In this document: positions 10,947 through 19,414 of the stretch, in pieces
Numbering within the stretch: the first letter of the stretch is position 1
How the letters are laid out: every line of letters starts with the position of its first letter
DNA from: an uncultured Gammaproteobacteria bacterium
Lineage (GTDB): Bacteria; Patescibacteriota; Microgenomatia; UBA10105; UBA927
Direction: 5' to 3'
DNA length: 64,000 bases
NCBI GenBank assembly: GCA_964356315.1
Contig: CAYHHA010000002.1
Coordinates: 3,824-67,823 of the forward strand
Notes under the pieces: generated by a model
The model's input: the letters and a program-made list of their open reading frames with translations, nothing else
What the model was told of the DNA's origin: nothing
Databases searched by the model: none
Translations under genes and position numbers: made by a program

Positions 10947-11890
10947 ATTTTTTTAATAAGCAGTTTTGGGAGATGTTTTTCTATCTGTGGTCTAAAGGGT
11001 TGTAGAAATGGTGGAAGTGAAAGTGATGTGCCCAGATCTTCTACTGATTGATCTACTGTAAATCCAGGTCCGTCTGTGGCAAGTTCAAATAAAATGCCCG
11101 CATGGGTTTTGAAATATATGGATTTGAAATAAAATCTATCGATAACATCTGTCGGATGCAGCCCCAATTTTTCTATAGCGCTTCTGAATTTCTGTTGTTC
11201 GTTTTCATCTCTCGTACGAAATGCTATATGATGTACTGTTCCTGCTGTGTTTACTCCATCTTCAGAGGGATGAGTTTCCTGAATTTCAAGAAGTTGCGCC
11301 CTTGATGAGCCTCTTGCTATATAGAGGGTTATTGACTCTGTCATTTGTAAAAGCGTGTATCCTAACACTGAAGTAATGACAGGTTCTATAAGTGATTTTT
11401 TTAAAACCAAGAGTGTTGCACTGAAAAATTGAATAATCGCATTTGTTTTTGGAATGTCGTTGTCATCATATACATTTGAATCATCTATACAGTCATCTTG
11501 TGTTATTTCAACTAGTTCCAGTTGTAGGTTGTCTGGATCATAGAAAACTAAGCGTCTGCGTGCAAACCTAGTGGTTAGTGACTCAAAATTGACGTTGTAT
11601 GCAATGAACCTCTTTTCCCAAAAGCCCAGTGATGTATTTGGCACAGCAAAAGAAATCTTTGAGACCATGCCAGTGTTAACTTTCCCCTGATGAGTCGGAA
11701 GAAATACAAAAAACGTAAGGTCCATGCCTGGTAACCCTTCTTTGTCTCCAAAGAACAAATGATATACACCTGGATCATCCTGATTGACTGTTTGTTTAAC
11801 CAGTCGCAGTCCGAGAACGCCAGAATAAAAATCTATGGTTTTTTGTGCGTCTGAAGCGATGGCGCTGATGTGATGAATTCCTGTTGTCAT
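10943..11890 (-). CDS. ring-cleaving dioxygenase (MhqA/MhqE/MhqO-like VOC family)
   Basis: GIHHISA, KQTVNQDDPGVYHLFFGD, GTVHHIAFR, DRFYFKSIYF, LFELATDGPGF. Confidence 0.92.
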   Translation of the reverse strand: MTTGIHHISAIASDAQKTIDFYSGVLGLRLVKQTVNQDDPGVYHLFFGDKEGLPGMDLTFFVFLPTHQGKVNTGMVSKISFAVPNTSLGFWEKRFIAYNVNFESLTTRFARRRLVFYDPDNLQLELVEITQDDCIDDSNVYDDNDIPKTNAIIQFFSATLLVLKKSLIEPVITSVLGYTLLQMTESITLYIARGSSRAQLLEIQETHPSEDGVNTAGTVHHIAFRTRDENEQQKFRSAIEKLGLHPTDVIDRFYFKSIYFKTHAGILFELATDGPGFTVDQSVEDLGTSLSLPPFLQPFRPQIEKHLPKLLIKKI

Positions 11891-11952
11891 AGAAGTATTA
11901 TAATGCATGATGTATATTTGTAATATAGATTACAAAAAAGGAGGTGAATACT

Positions 11953-12186
11953 ATGAAAACGATGACTTGTAGACAAATGGGTGGGCCATGTGATGTGTTG
12001 TTTCAGGCGCAAACTGCAGATGAGATGATGGGGCTGGGAGCTGCGCATGTGAATGAAATGGCAGATAAAGATGCGGCACATAAAGCTGCTTTTGACATGA
12101 TGGAAGAAGGTCGAAAGAATCCTGAATCAGGTAAAGCATGGTATGAAAAATTTGTTACAGATTTTTCAGCTCTGAAAGATAATTAA
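11953..12186 (+). CDS. small Cys/His protein (DUF1059-like)
   Basis: MKTMTCRQMGGPCD...H...H; strong SD AAGGAGGTG. Confidence 0.7.
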   Translation: MKTMTCRQMGGPCDVLFQAQTADEMMGLGAAHVNEMADKDAAHKAAFDMMEEGRKNPESGKAWYEKFVTDFSALKDN

Positions 12187-12206
12187 GGTTATATACATTA
12201 TACATC

Positions 12207-12233
12207 ATCCTTTTTCTATCACAGAAAAGGGAT
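12207..12233. terminator. stem-loop, possible terminator
   Basis: ATCCTTTTTCT-ATCAC-AGAAAAGGGAT, 11-bp stem after the small protein gene. Confidence 0.45.
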
Positions 12234-12269
12234 TATGTTTTGTATTTGGGTGTGGTACAGTGTGAGAAT

Positions 12270-12890
12270 ATGTTTTTGCTCAGTGATGATTCATGGGAAG
12301 TTCGGGACACTCCACGCAAAGGGAAAGGAATCTTTGCTACCAAACAAGTTGAAGCCGGGTGTGTAATTGGCGATTATCTGGGAATGGTTATTAAAACAGC
12401 AGAGTATGATATTTCTAAAGACGCCGCGGGATTATATTTGATGTATCTATCGGATAGAGCATCTATATATCCTGATTTGAACGCCACTGATTTGCATCTG
12501 ATAAATCATTCTTGTAAACCAAATTCGTGGATGTATACCTATAAAAGACACACTCTATTTTTTGCACTTCAGACAATTGATAAAGGTGAAGAAATTACTA
12601 TATCGTATTTATTGAGTCCCAAGGATGAAACCTGTGAGCTTTGTCTTCATGTGTGTTATTGTGGAGAAATATGTTGCACTGGATCAATGCATATGTCACA
12701 AGAAAAATATACTGCTTGGAGGGCATTTCAACAGGGTATCAATATGAATAACTCTGGAGTAAATTATCGATACGGGCAGTTACTTCGACCACTTTCTTCA
12801 TATCCTGATACAATACCCATCGATCCGATATATGAATGGATGTTGAATTCAAATTCACCTGGTACTATTCTTGATACTGCCATTCTTTGA
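12270..12890 (+). CDS. SET-domain protein-lysine methyltransferase with post-SET Cys cluster
   Basis: KGKGIFA, INHSCKPN, GEEITISY, CYCGEICCTG. Confidence 0.88.
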   Translation: MFLLSDDSWEVRDTPRKGKGIFATKQVEAGCVIGDYLGMVIKTAEYDISKDAAGLYLMYLSDRASIYPDLNATDLHLINHSCKPNSWMYTYKRHTLFFALQTIDKGEEITISYLLSPKDETCELCLHVCYCGEICCTGSMHMSQEKYTAWRAFQQGINMNNSGVNYRYGQLLRPLSSYPDTIPIDPIYEWMLNSNSPGTILDTAIL

Positions 12891-12947
12891 TCATGATTAT
12901 CAAGGTAAAGTTTCGAAATAGCATGATGTGATATTTATTTGAGAAAA

Positions 12948-13340
12948 CTAGGCAAGGGTTTGCACTGTTGAATCTTCTGGGAAAAATGCCATAATTTTAT
13001 TGAGTAATTCCTGGAGGCTGATATCACTTTTAATATAGTAATCATTTGCCCCTAATTTTATGGCTTCTTGAAAAGTTTCCTTCTTATCTATATTTGAGGC
13101 GACGATGACTGGAAGATTTTTTGTTTCAGACTTGTTTCGAATATGAGCCAGCACTTCCATGCCATTTTTTCTTGGCAAAATTAAATCCAATAGGCATAAA
13201 TCGTACACGTTTGTATCTAGCAATTTAATTGCTTCCTCTCCATCTCTTGCTATTTCTGTAATAAATACACCATTTTTTAGCTTTATCTGATATGCATCGA
13301 TAAGGAATTCTTCGTCTTCGACAATTAATATTTTTTTCAT
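12948..13340 (-). CDS. single-domain response regulator
   Basis: KKILIVEDE, LLDLILP, GANDYYIK. Confidence 0.88.
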   Translation of the reverse strand: MKKILIVEDEEFLIDAYQIKLKNGVFITEIARDGEEAIKLLDTNVYDLCLLDLILPRKNGMEVLAHIRNKSETKNLPVIVASNIDKKETFQEAIKLGANDYYIKSDISLQELLNKIMAFFPEDSTVQTLA

Positions 13341-13509
13341 ATATGTTTCCATAGTATACAATACTAGGATTTTGAATGTTTCAAATATATCTAAAACATT
13401 CGCTTTGATAGTATGAATGAAAAATAATTATTCGGCAACACGAAAATAGAATATCCATTGCATGAATATTCACGAGAGAATATACTCAGAGACGGAGGGT
13501 TTGAAACAT

Positions 13510-13872
13510 ATGACTAAAATATTGATTCTTGAAGATGAATCATCGATACGATTTCCTTTGAAGGAAAAATTAATCGCTTCAGGATATGAGGTATATACCG
13601 CTGTAGATGGGGAGGAAGGGTTATCAGAAGTGACTGTGAGCAAACCTGATTTAATATTGCTCGATCTTTATATGCCAAAGATAGATGGGGTGACTTTTAT
13701 AAGTAAACTGAGAAAAAATGATTGGGGAGCTAATATACCAGTTATCGTATTTACAAACTTAGGGTCTCAAACTATAGAAGATCAACTAAAAGCATACAAT
13801 ATTTCAGGATTTTTTCTTAAAGCAAATACGACTCTTGATGAGATACTCCAAAAAATTCAAGAGATAATTTGA
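13510..13872 (+). CDS. single-domain response regulator
   Basis: KILILEDE, PDLILLDLYMP, IPVIVFTN; SD GGAGG before ATG 13510. Confidence 0.88.
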   Translation: MTKILILEDESSIRFPLKEKLIASGYEVYTAVDGEEGLSEVTVSKPDLILLDLYMPKIDGVTFISKLRKNDWGANIPVIVFTNLGSQTIEDQLKAYNISGFFLKANTTLDEILQKIQEII

Positions 13873-13964
13873 GGCAATTTATCTGAATACTGATTGCGAT
13901 TATTAAGTATATATTTAATAGAAATGTTGTTTATAGCATATTTCTCTGATACCATCATAAATAT

Positions 13965-14216
13965 ATGAAGAATAAATATGTGTACGCGTTTTGTATGGTT
14001 GTGATCGTCTTAGTATTATCTTTAGCATTTTTACGTGTGTCAAAAACTGCTAGCTCTAGAGGAGAAGATTGCAGTAAGTATTCGTCTAAAGACGGATACA
14101 CAGGATGTATGAGTATAGTGCAGGGTAAAGAAAAAGTATGTAAATTTAAAGTTGACAATACGATTAACGAGACTACTCAAAAAATGGAATTTACGTATAC
14201 CTGCATGAAGAAATAA
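13965..14216 (+). CDS. small exported Cys-containing hypothetical protein
   Basis: hydrophobic N-terminus followed by a short domain with four Cys. Confidence 0.6.
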   Translation: MKNKYVYAFCMVVIVLVLSLAFLRVSKTASSRGEDCSKYSSKDGYTGCMSIVQGKEKVCKFKVDNTINETTQKMEFTYTCMKK

Positions 14217-14245
14217 TGAGCAGGTAATGGTATATTAGTCACATC

Positions 14246-15703
14246 TTGAAAAAACTTACCATTCTTCATTCTAACGATATCCACGGAGATTTTTTGTCTG
14301 AAATTCAAACTGGCAAAGGAAATCTCATTGGTGGGCTCGCGTTGTTATCTGGGTATATTAACCAAGTGCGGAAAGAGGAAGAAAATGTGCTCTTTGTAGT
14401 GTCTGGGGACATGGTTCAGGGGTCTCTCATTGATAGTGAATATAAGGGGATATCAACCATGGAGATTATGAATTATCTATCTCCAGATGTTGTCGGGCTT
14501 GGAAATCATGAATTTGACTATGGCCTACCACACCTTCTTTTTTTGGAGAAAATGGCAAATTTCCCAATTGTGAACGCAAATTTGTACATAAAAAAATATC
14601 ACAAACGCTTGATGAATCCATATCATATTATAAAAAAAGCAGGACTTGATATATTGTTCACTGGCATCATCACGGAAAAAATACTCGATGCATTGAAAGC
14701 TGATTCACTTATTGGAAGCTTTGTGAATCTAGAAGAGGCGAGTCATGAGGTAGGAAAAATTTGTAATGCATACAGAAATGATGATATAGATCTCACAATT
14801 TTACTTACTCACATTGGGTATGAATCCGATATAGAATTTGCTAAATTATTAAAACCGCAATGGGGTGTAGATATAATAATTGGTGGTCATTCACATACAG
14901 TTCTTAAGAAGCCTGAGAAAGTAAATAACATACTCATCGCGACTGCTGGGACTGGGTCAGATCAGATTGGTAGATTTGACATCGTCTTGGACGAGGACAC
15001 AAATAAGATAGTCGAGTACACATGGAAACTTATACCAATTAATAACGAAACAGCAAAACCAGATATAGCACTGGAAGAATATATCTATTCATTTAAGAAT
15101 AAAATTGATACAAAGTATTCTGTTGTTTTGGGCAAGTTTGCGCGTGTATTGACTCATTCGAAGAGAGAAATCGAAACTTCTCTAGGGAACCTTGTTGCTG
15201 ATGCATTTGCTCTTATTGGATCTTCCGACGTAGCGCTAGTAGGAAGTGGATCAATACGTCAGAATTCATTAGGGCCTATTGTCACGCTGAAAGATTTCCT
15301 TCAGTGTTTTCCCTATGATGACAGTCTGCATAGATTTGAAGTAACTGGTAAGCAAATTCGATCTATGTTCTCTTTTTGGATGAGACCGGAAAACAGAACA
15401 GGAGAAGGGGAGTGCTATCAGGTAAATAGTGACATCGTGGCAGTATATGATGAGCGGGCAAAATCATTACAATCATTATTTGTGAACCATAAGCCAGTTA
15501 AAGACTCTGCGGTTTATACGCTTATTCTTCAAGGGTATCATTATATGAATGCGTTATCGTATCTGAATATTTCGGAATCTGAATTGTTTCATGCTGGAAA
15601 ACATACGATCGTCACTACATCAGTGCAAGATGTGTTGGAAGAGTATTTTAAATCAAACCAGAATATTTCAGCCCAGGTAGAGGGAAGGCTTCTCTATAAA
15701 TAA
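14246..15703 (+). CDS. 5'-nucleotidase family metallophosphoesterase, no signal peptide
   Basis: LHSNDIHG, SGD, GNHEFD, LTHIG, GGHSH plus C-terminal 5'-NT domain; TTG start. Confidence 0.88.
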   Translation: MKKLTILHSNDIHGDFLSEIQTGKGNLIGGLALLSGYINQVRKEEENVLFVVSGDMVQGSLIDSEYKGISTMEIMNYLSPDVVGLGNHEFDYGLPHLLFLEKMANFPIVNANLYIKKYHKRLMNPYHIIKKAGLDILFTGIITEKILDALKADSLIGSFVNLEEASHEVGKICNAYRNDDIDLTILLTHIGYESDIEFAKLLKPQWGVDIIIGGHSHTVLKKPEKVNNILIATAGTGSDQIGRFDIVLDEDTNKIVEYTWKLIPINNETAKPDIALEEYIYSFKNKIDTKYSVVLGKFARVLTHSKREIETSLGNLVADAFALIGSSDVALVGSGSIRQNSLGPIVTLKDFLQCFPYDDSLHRFEVTGKQIRSMFSFWMRPENRTGEGECYQVNSDIVAVYDERAKSLQSLFVNHKPVKDSAVYTLILQGYHYMNALSYLNISESELFHAGKHTIVTTSVQDVLEEYFKSNQNISAQVEGRLLYK

Positions 15704-15764
15704 TGTATAATGCTTCTACTGTGCTCGCACTAGTGAACTATGTTGGAGCGTATTATTGATCTAT

Positions 15765-16256
15765 CTAAGTGTTATTCACAATCCATTTTAAATCATTCTT
15801 TGAAGCTTCAATCAAAGCAGCATTAACTCTATAGTCGCTATTAATAGAAATGGCAATCTCCAATGTGTCAGGGTGTATCTTTATATAATTTGTTAACCAT
15901 TCAACATCATAATTTGAAATATACTCTATTCCGTATTTCCATTCGACGATCAATAATGGCGACTCATATGGGTCAGAAAATACCGTTTTATATTCTGTTT
16001 TCCAAATCACAAGATCTTTACATACCTCATTTTTGCTCTCATCAGTTTGGTAAGTTTGTTTAACCCTAACCTCGATGCCGATTTGAGAAGAAGAATAAAA
16101 TGCAGTATTCGGTTGAATAACGCGGAGTAAATTTGAAAAAACAAAACGGCTTATTATCTCTCGCTCTTTCCCTATCCATGCCTCATTTTTGAGAGTGGTG
16201 GCGAATGATAGGATTTCGCGCTTAAATATCCGCAATAAATCTTGATCATCTTCCAT
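15765..16256 (-). CDS. hypothetical protein with PD-(D/E)XK nuclease-like motifs
   Basis: IEVRV...KDLVIW...LIVEWK...DVEWL pattern; TATACT 7 nt before ATG 16256. Confidence 0.55.
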   Translation of the reverse strand: MEDDQDLLRIFKREILSFATTLKNEAWIGKEREIISRFVFSNLLRVIQPNTAFYSSSQIGIEVRVKQTYQTDESKNEVCKDLVIWKTEYKTVFSDPYESPLLIVEWKYGIEYISNYDVEWLTNYIKIHPDTLEIAISINSDYRVNAALIEASKNDLKWIVNNT

Positions 16257-16492
16257 TAAAAAAAGTATACCATAAACTTTGTAGCCATCCAGCGATACAT
16301 ATACGGACTTTTTGAGGCTAAAATATTGCACTCTTTTTATCTGAAATATGACTTTCTTCACCGGTTTTAAAACATAAGAAGCATATTATATAAATATATA
16401 TTCAATTCAATATATCGATGAAATGCTTATAGGGTTGAAAGCTAATATCAAATATTTACGAAGCGAAGGAAATCAATAGATAAGAATTACAA

Positions 16493-16744
16493 ATGGAAAA
16501 TATCAACGGTCAGTTGGCAATTTCCATACTTATCAATTTGATCTACCTATTCAGAGAGATTGATTTTGATCAAGACGTTGAAGTTAGGATCAGTTTTAAT
16601 ACTGTAAGTGGTCGAGTAACTGCCTCGAATAGCGATACAATCGATATTTCATTAGAAAAGCATGTTGGAGAAACAGTTCATGAATCGTATTTAATCATCT
16701 CAAGTAATTTTTTATTACAAAAACTATTACAACACCTGGTGTGA
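16493..16744 (+). CDS. short hypothetical ORF or gene remnant
   Basis: 83-aa ORF in a very AT-rich stretch; no recognisable motif. Confidence 0.3.
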   Translation: MENINGQLAISILINLIYLFREIDFDQDVEVRISFNTVSGRVTASNSDTIDISLEKHVGETVHESYLIISSNFLLQKLLQHLV

Positions 16745-16780
16745 GATATCCCTTCGATTCTACTCAGGGTAAATCTTCAC
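16741..16780. repeat. REP-like imperfect palindrome
   Basis: GTGAGAT-ATCCCT-TCGATTCTACTC-AGGGTA-AATCTTCAC. Confidence 0.45.
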
Positions 16781-16809
16781 ACATCAGGAGTCTTAATTAC
16801 GGATTGTCG

Positions 16810-17556
16810 TTAATCCTGAATTTTTTTCGCCCCTATTATTATAAATGTAGGGATGTGGTGAGATTTTTGCAATTTCTTGGAATAATCATTGGCGAATCCT
16901 TTGGATTCGGGCTCGATGATACGATGAGTATACAATCCGTATGATGCCATTGTGTTAACCAATTCATTCAAAGGGTGATTGTACATAGTTAGCTTTGTTT
17001 TGTTATCCCATCCGGACACAACAGTTCGTTTTGCCTGTTTTAGATATCCTGTCGTTTTGATAAACAGTGTTTCTTTTTTGCCTACCGCTCCCGTCATCCA
17101 TTCAGAAAGGGGATACATGGGTCTGAAAAAATGATTTGTGGAATAGGCAAAGACTCCATTTGGTTTTAATACCGAAGCGATCCCTTTGCATAGAGCATTG
17201 AGGTCTTTGATGTAGTGAATCACCATATTCATAACGACGGAATCAAATTGTGAGTCCTCAAATCCAGAAAAATCTGTTGTGTCTCTCACTGAATACATGA
17301 TATCTATGTTTGAGCTTTTGTTTCTAGCTATCTCGATAAGAGAGTGCGACTCATCTGACGCAAATATAGTTGCACCTTTTTTTGCAAAATATTTGGCCAT
17401 ATATCCGTTGCCACAGCCAATATCGTATATAGTTTTCCCCTCTGGATTGCCTATGATTTCGTAAATTGCTGGGTCTATCTGTGTCTTGTGGAAATAATCA
17501 CCTGATTCTCCCATTGAAGTATTGTACTGATTGGCGAATGTATCGTATGAAGACAT
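16810..17556 (-). CDS. class I SAM-dependent methyltransferase
   Basis: YDIGCGNG motif I, FDSVVMNMVIHY, LKPNG. Confidence 0.88.
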   Translation of the reverse strand: MSSYDTFANQYNTSMGESGDYFHKTQIDPAIYEIIGNPEGKTIYDIGCGNGYMAKYFAKKGATIFASDESHSLIEIARNKSSNIDIMYSVRDTTDFSGFEDSQFDSVVMNMVIHYIKDLNALCKGIASVLKPNGVFAYSTNHFFRPMYPLSEWMTGAVGKKETLFIKTTGYLKQAKRTVVSGWDNKTKLTMYNHPLNELVNTMASYGLYTHRIIEPESKGFANDYSKKLQKSHHIPTFIIIGAKKIQD

Positions 17557-17574
17557 ATGCATATTGTACTCCAC

Positions 17575-17602
17575 AAAAAAACCTGCCAAATTGGCAGGTT
17601 TT
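17575..17602 (-). terminator. intrinsic terminator of the tRNA gene (bidirectional type)
   Basis: AAAAAACCTGCCAA-A-TTGGCAGGTTTTT inverted repeat with A/T tails, just downstream of the tRNA 3' end. Confidence 0.8.
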
Positions 17603-17614
17603 TAATTTACTTTG

Positions 17615-17898
17615 CTCTCCCGCGAGGATTCGAACCTCGAACCATCATCTTACAGAAACCCTCTTGTTACCAAAAGGACTGGACTATCTCATCATCCCGC
17701 TTGAGCGGGAGCCGGGTATATAGTCTCTACACATTTATCCTTCGATTTCGCTCTTACGAGTTCTATCAAAGAAATTTAGCTCGGGATTTTCCTTATTATG
17801 AATAAGGGGTTCCCCGAATTAGCCCGATGTTCCATCGATCATTACTGATCGAGGCTGCCAATTGACAGGATGCCGCTCTACCGTTGAGCTACGGGAGA
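17615..17898 (-). tRNA. tRNA-Asn(GUU) interrupted by a group I intron; exons 17898-17865 and 17652-17615; CCA not encoded
   Basis: acceptor TCTCCCG/CGGGAGA plus G73, D arm GCTC-AACGGTA-GAGC, T arm CGAGG-TTCGAAT-CCTCG, joined anticodon arm GCATC-CTGT|TAA-GATGA. Confidence 0.9.
17653..17864 (-). ncRNA. group I self-splicing intron, 212 nt, no internal ORF
   Basis: P1 with U.G at the 5' splice site, P4 TTCGGG/CCCGAG, P7 AGACTA/TAGTCC, P8 hairpin, GTAA-capped P2 and P9, terminal G. Confidence 0.9.
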
Positions 17899-17961
17899 TT
17901 TCAACGAACTTTGCTATTATAACAGAATATAAGGCTAAATAAATAGCGTTATAATGATCTT

Positions 17962-19371
17962 GTGGGAAGAAAAAACATACAGACTGCAATACATTCGCAG
18001 ATAGCTACTTTTCTAAAGCGTGCAATAATGGTGATTCTGGTTTTTCCATTTTTGCTACTTATCTTCTTTTCAATTGGTGCAGAAATACGGGAACGACTAG
18101 GCTTTAATACAGAGGGTATACAGATTGTGGGAACGGGATCTATGTATCCCACTTTTCCCAAAGGACATGGCAAAACTCCAAGGGAACTGGCAGATGAAGT
18201 GGTTGCTGCACCCGGAATGTTGCCATATCCTAACGGATTCGTTTTACTGGGGAAGCGATATTTTGGACATACTATCGGAAGGGGAGATATCGTCGTTCTT
18301 ATAAACGATCGAACGAGATCTGTATCAAAGGAATTATATGGCACGGCGTCCGGATGGGTAAAACGGGTTGTTGCCCTCGAGGGAGATACGCTGGAGCTTC
18401 GAAGCGGTATTGTGTACATAAATGGACATCCAACCCACGAGCCATATACTGCAAAAGCTCGGTCAACATTTGGAGAAGAATTTCTGAAAGACTGCAGCGT
18501 GGTGACCGTACCTGATGCTCAGGTGTTTGTGATGGGGGATAACAGGAAAGGGAGTGGAGATTCACGGGAGATTGGATTTATCCCACTCTCTGACATAAAC
18601 CATGTGTTGCCGCTTGAGAGTCAGAAGGGAACACTTGATCAGCATTGGCGCGATACTGCAGGTGACTTTGACGAATCGGCAAAAATCAAACTGGATAAGA
18701 CCGCCTACCTCTCACTACTAAATGAGAAGCGCAAAGAAGCGAAGGTGAAGCCACTTACGTATCAGCCCAAGCTGGAAGTGTCAGCCAGAAAGCGGGGAGA
18801 GATAATACTCAAACACGATGATTTTTCATTCGAGGCAACCCGCAGCGGCTATACCATGGCGCGCGCTATGAGTGATGCCAATTATTACAACATAGTCTAT
18901 GGCGAAGCACCTCGTCTTGGCTATTATGAATCTGAAGAGATGCTGGAAAATCAATTTGAATTCCCTGACACAAAAAAATTTCTTTTGCACGCTGACTATC
19001 AGGAGATTGGAATATCTGAGGTCGAAGGATATATCAACGGATGCCCTGCACAGATCATTGTTCAGCATTTTGCTGGATATGTTCCACCAAATTACAGTAA
19101 TTCAGTAAAAGATAGTTGGCGAAGCGCTGTCATTAATTTTAATTCGATAATTCCCAGTTGGGAAAATGCTCGTGGCCAACAATATCTGAACCAACAAGAA
19201 TTGAACGCATTGTTAACCATTTTATATAGACAGCGAGCAATTGCCAGCATAATCTCATCAAAAATGGATGAGAATATATGGCTTTCAAAAACCGAGGAAG
19301 CTTCTATAGCTGAATTTGAACGACTTTCCAAAGAATCGAGCAGATTAGCAAATGCATTAAACAATAAGTAA
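17962..19371 (+). CDS. lepB: signal peptidase I (S26) fused to a CAP/SCP-like domain
   Basis: TM, GSMYPT (Ser), VKRVVA (Lys), GDNRKGSGDSR; then LLNEKRKEAKVKPL...YGE...YQEIGI...IIVQHFA. Confidence 0.85.
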   Translation: MGRKNIQTAIHSQIATFLKRAIMVILVFPFLLLIFFSIGAEIRERLGFNTEGIQIVGTGSMYPTFPKGHGKTPRELADEVVAAPGMLPYPNGFVLLGKRYFGHTIGRGDIVVLINDRTRSVSKELYGTASGWVKRVVALEGDTLELRSGIVYINGHPTHEPYTAKARSTFGEEFLKDCSVVTVPDAQVFVMGDNRKGSGDSREIGFIPLSDINHVLPLESQKGTLDQHWRDTAGDFDESAKIKLDKTAYLSLLNEKRKEAKVKPLTYQPKLEVSARKRGEIILKHDDFSFEATRSGYTMARAMSDANYYNIVYGEAPRLGYYESEEMLENQFEFPDTKKFLLHADYQEIGISEVEGYINGCPAQIIVQHFAGYVPPNYSNSVKDSWRSAVINFNSIIPSWENARGQQYLNQQELNALLTILYRQRAIASIISSKMDENIWLSKTEEASIAEFERLSKESSRLANALNNK

Positions 19372-19414
19372 CTTCTCCTAGAGTAGTCCTATACATATTT
19401 GCTATACTAACTTC

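Noticed and set aside
12000-17615. Integrative element at the tRNA 3' end
   Set aside because: No integrase and no duplicated tRNA 3' end found by eye; only accessory-looking content.
17466-17805. ORFs 17466-17723 and 17557-17805 as a homing endonuclease
   Set aside because: They are antisense to the tRNA/intron, short, and lack LAGLIDADG, HNH or GIY-YIG motifs.
17862-17898. tRNA-Asp(GUC) call or tRNA fragment/pseudogene
   Set aside because: Group I rules (cut after U in U.G, end at terminal G) place C-A-A in the intron and give GUU; both exons are intact and pair.
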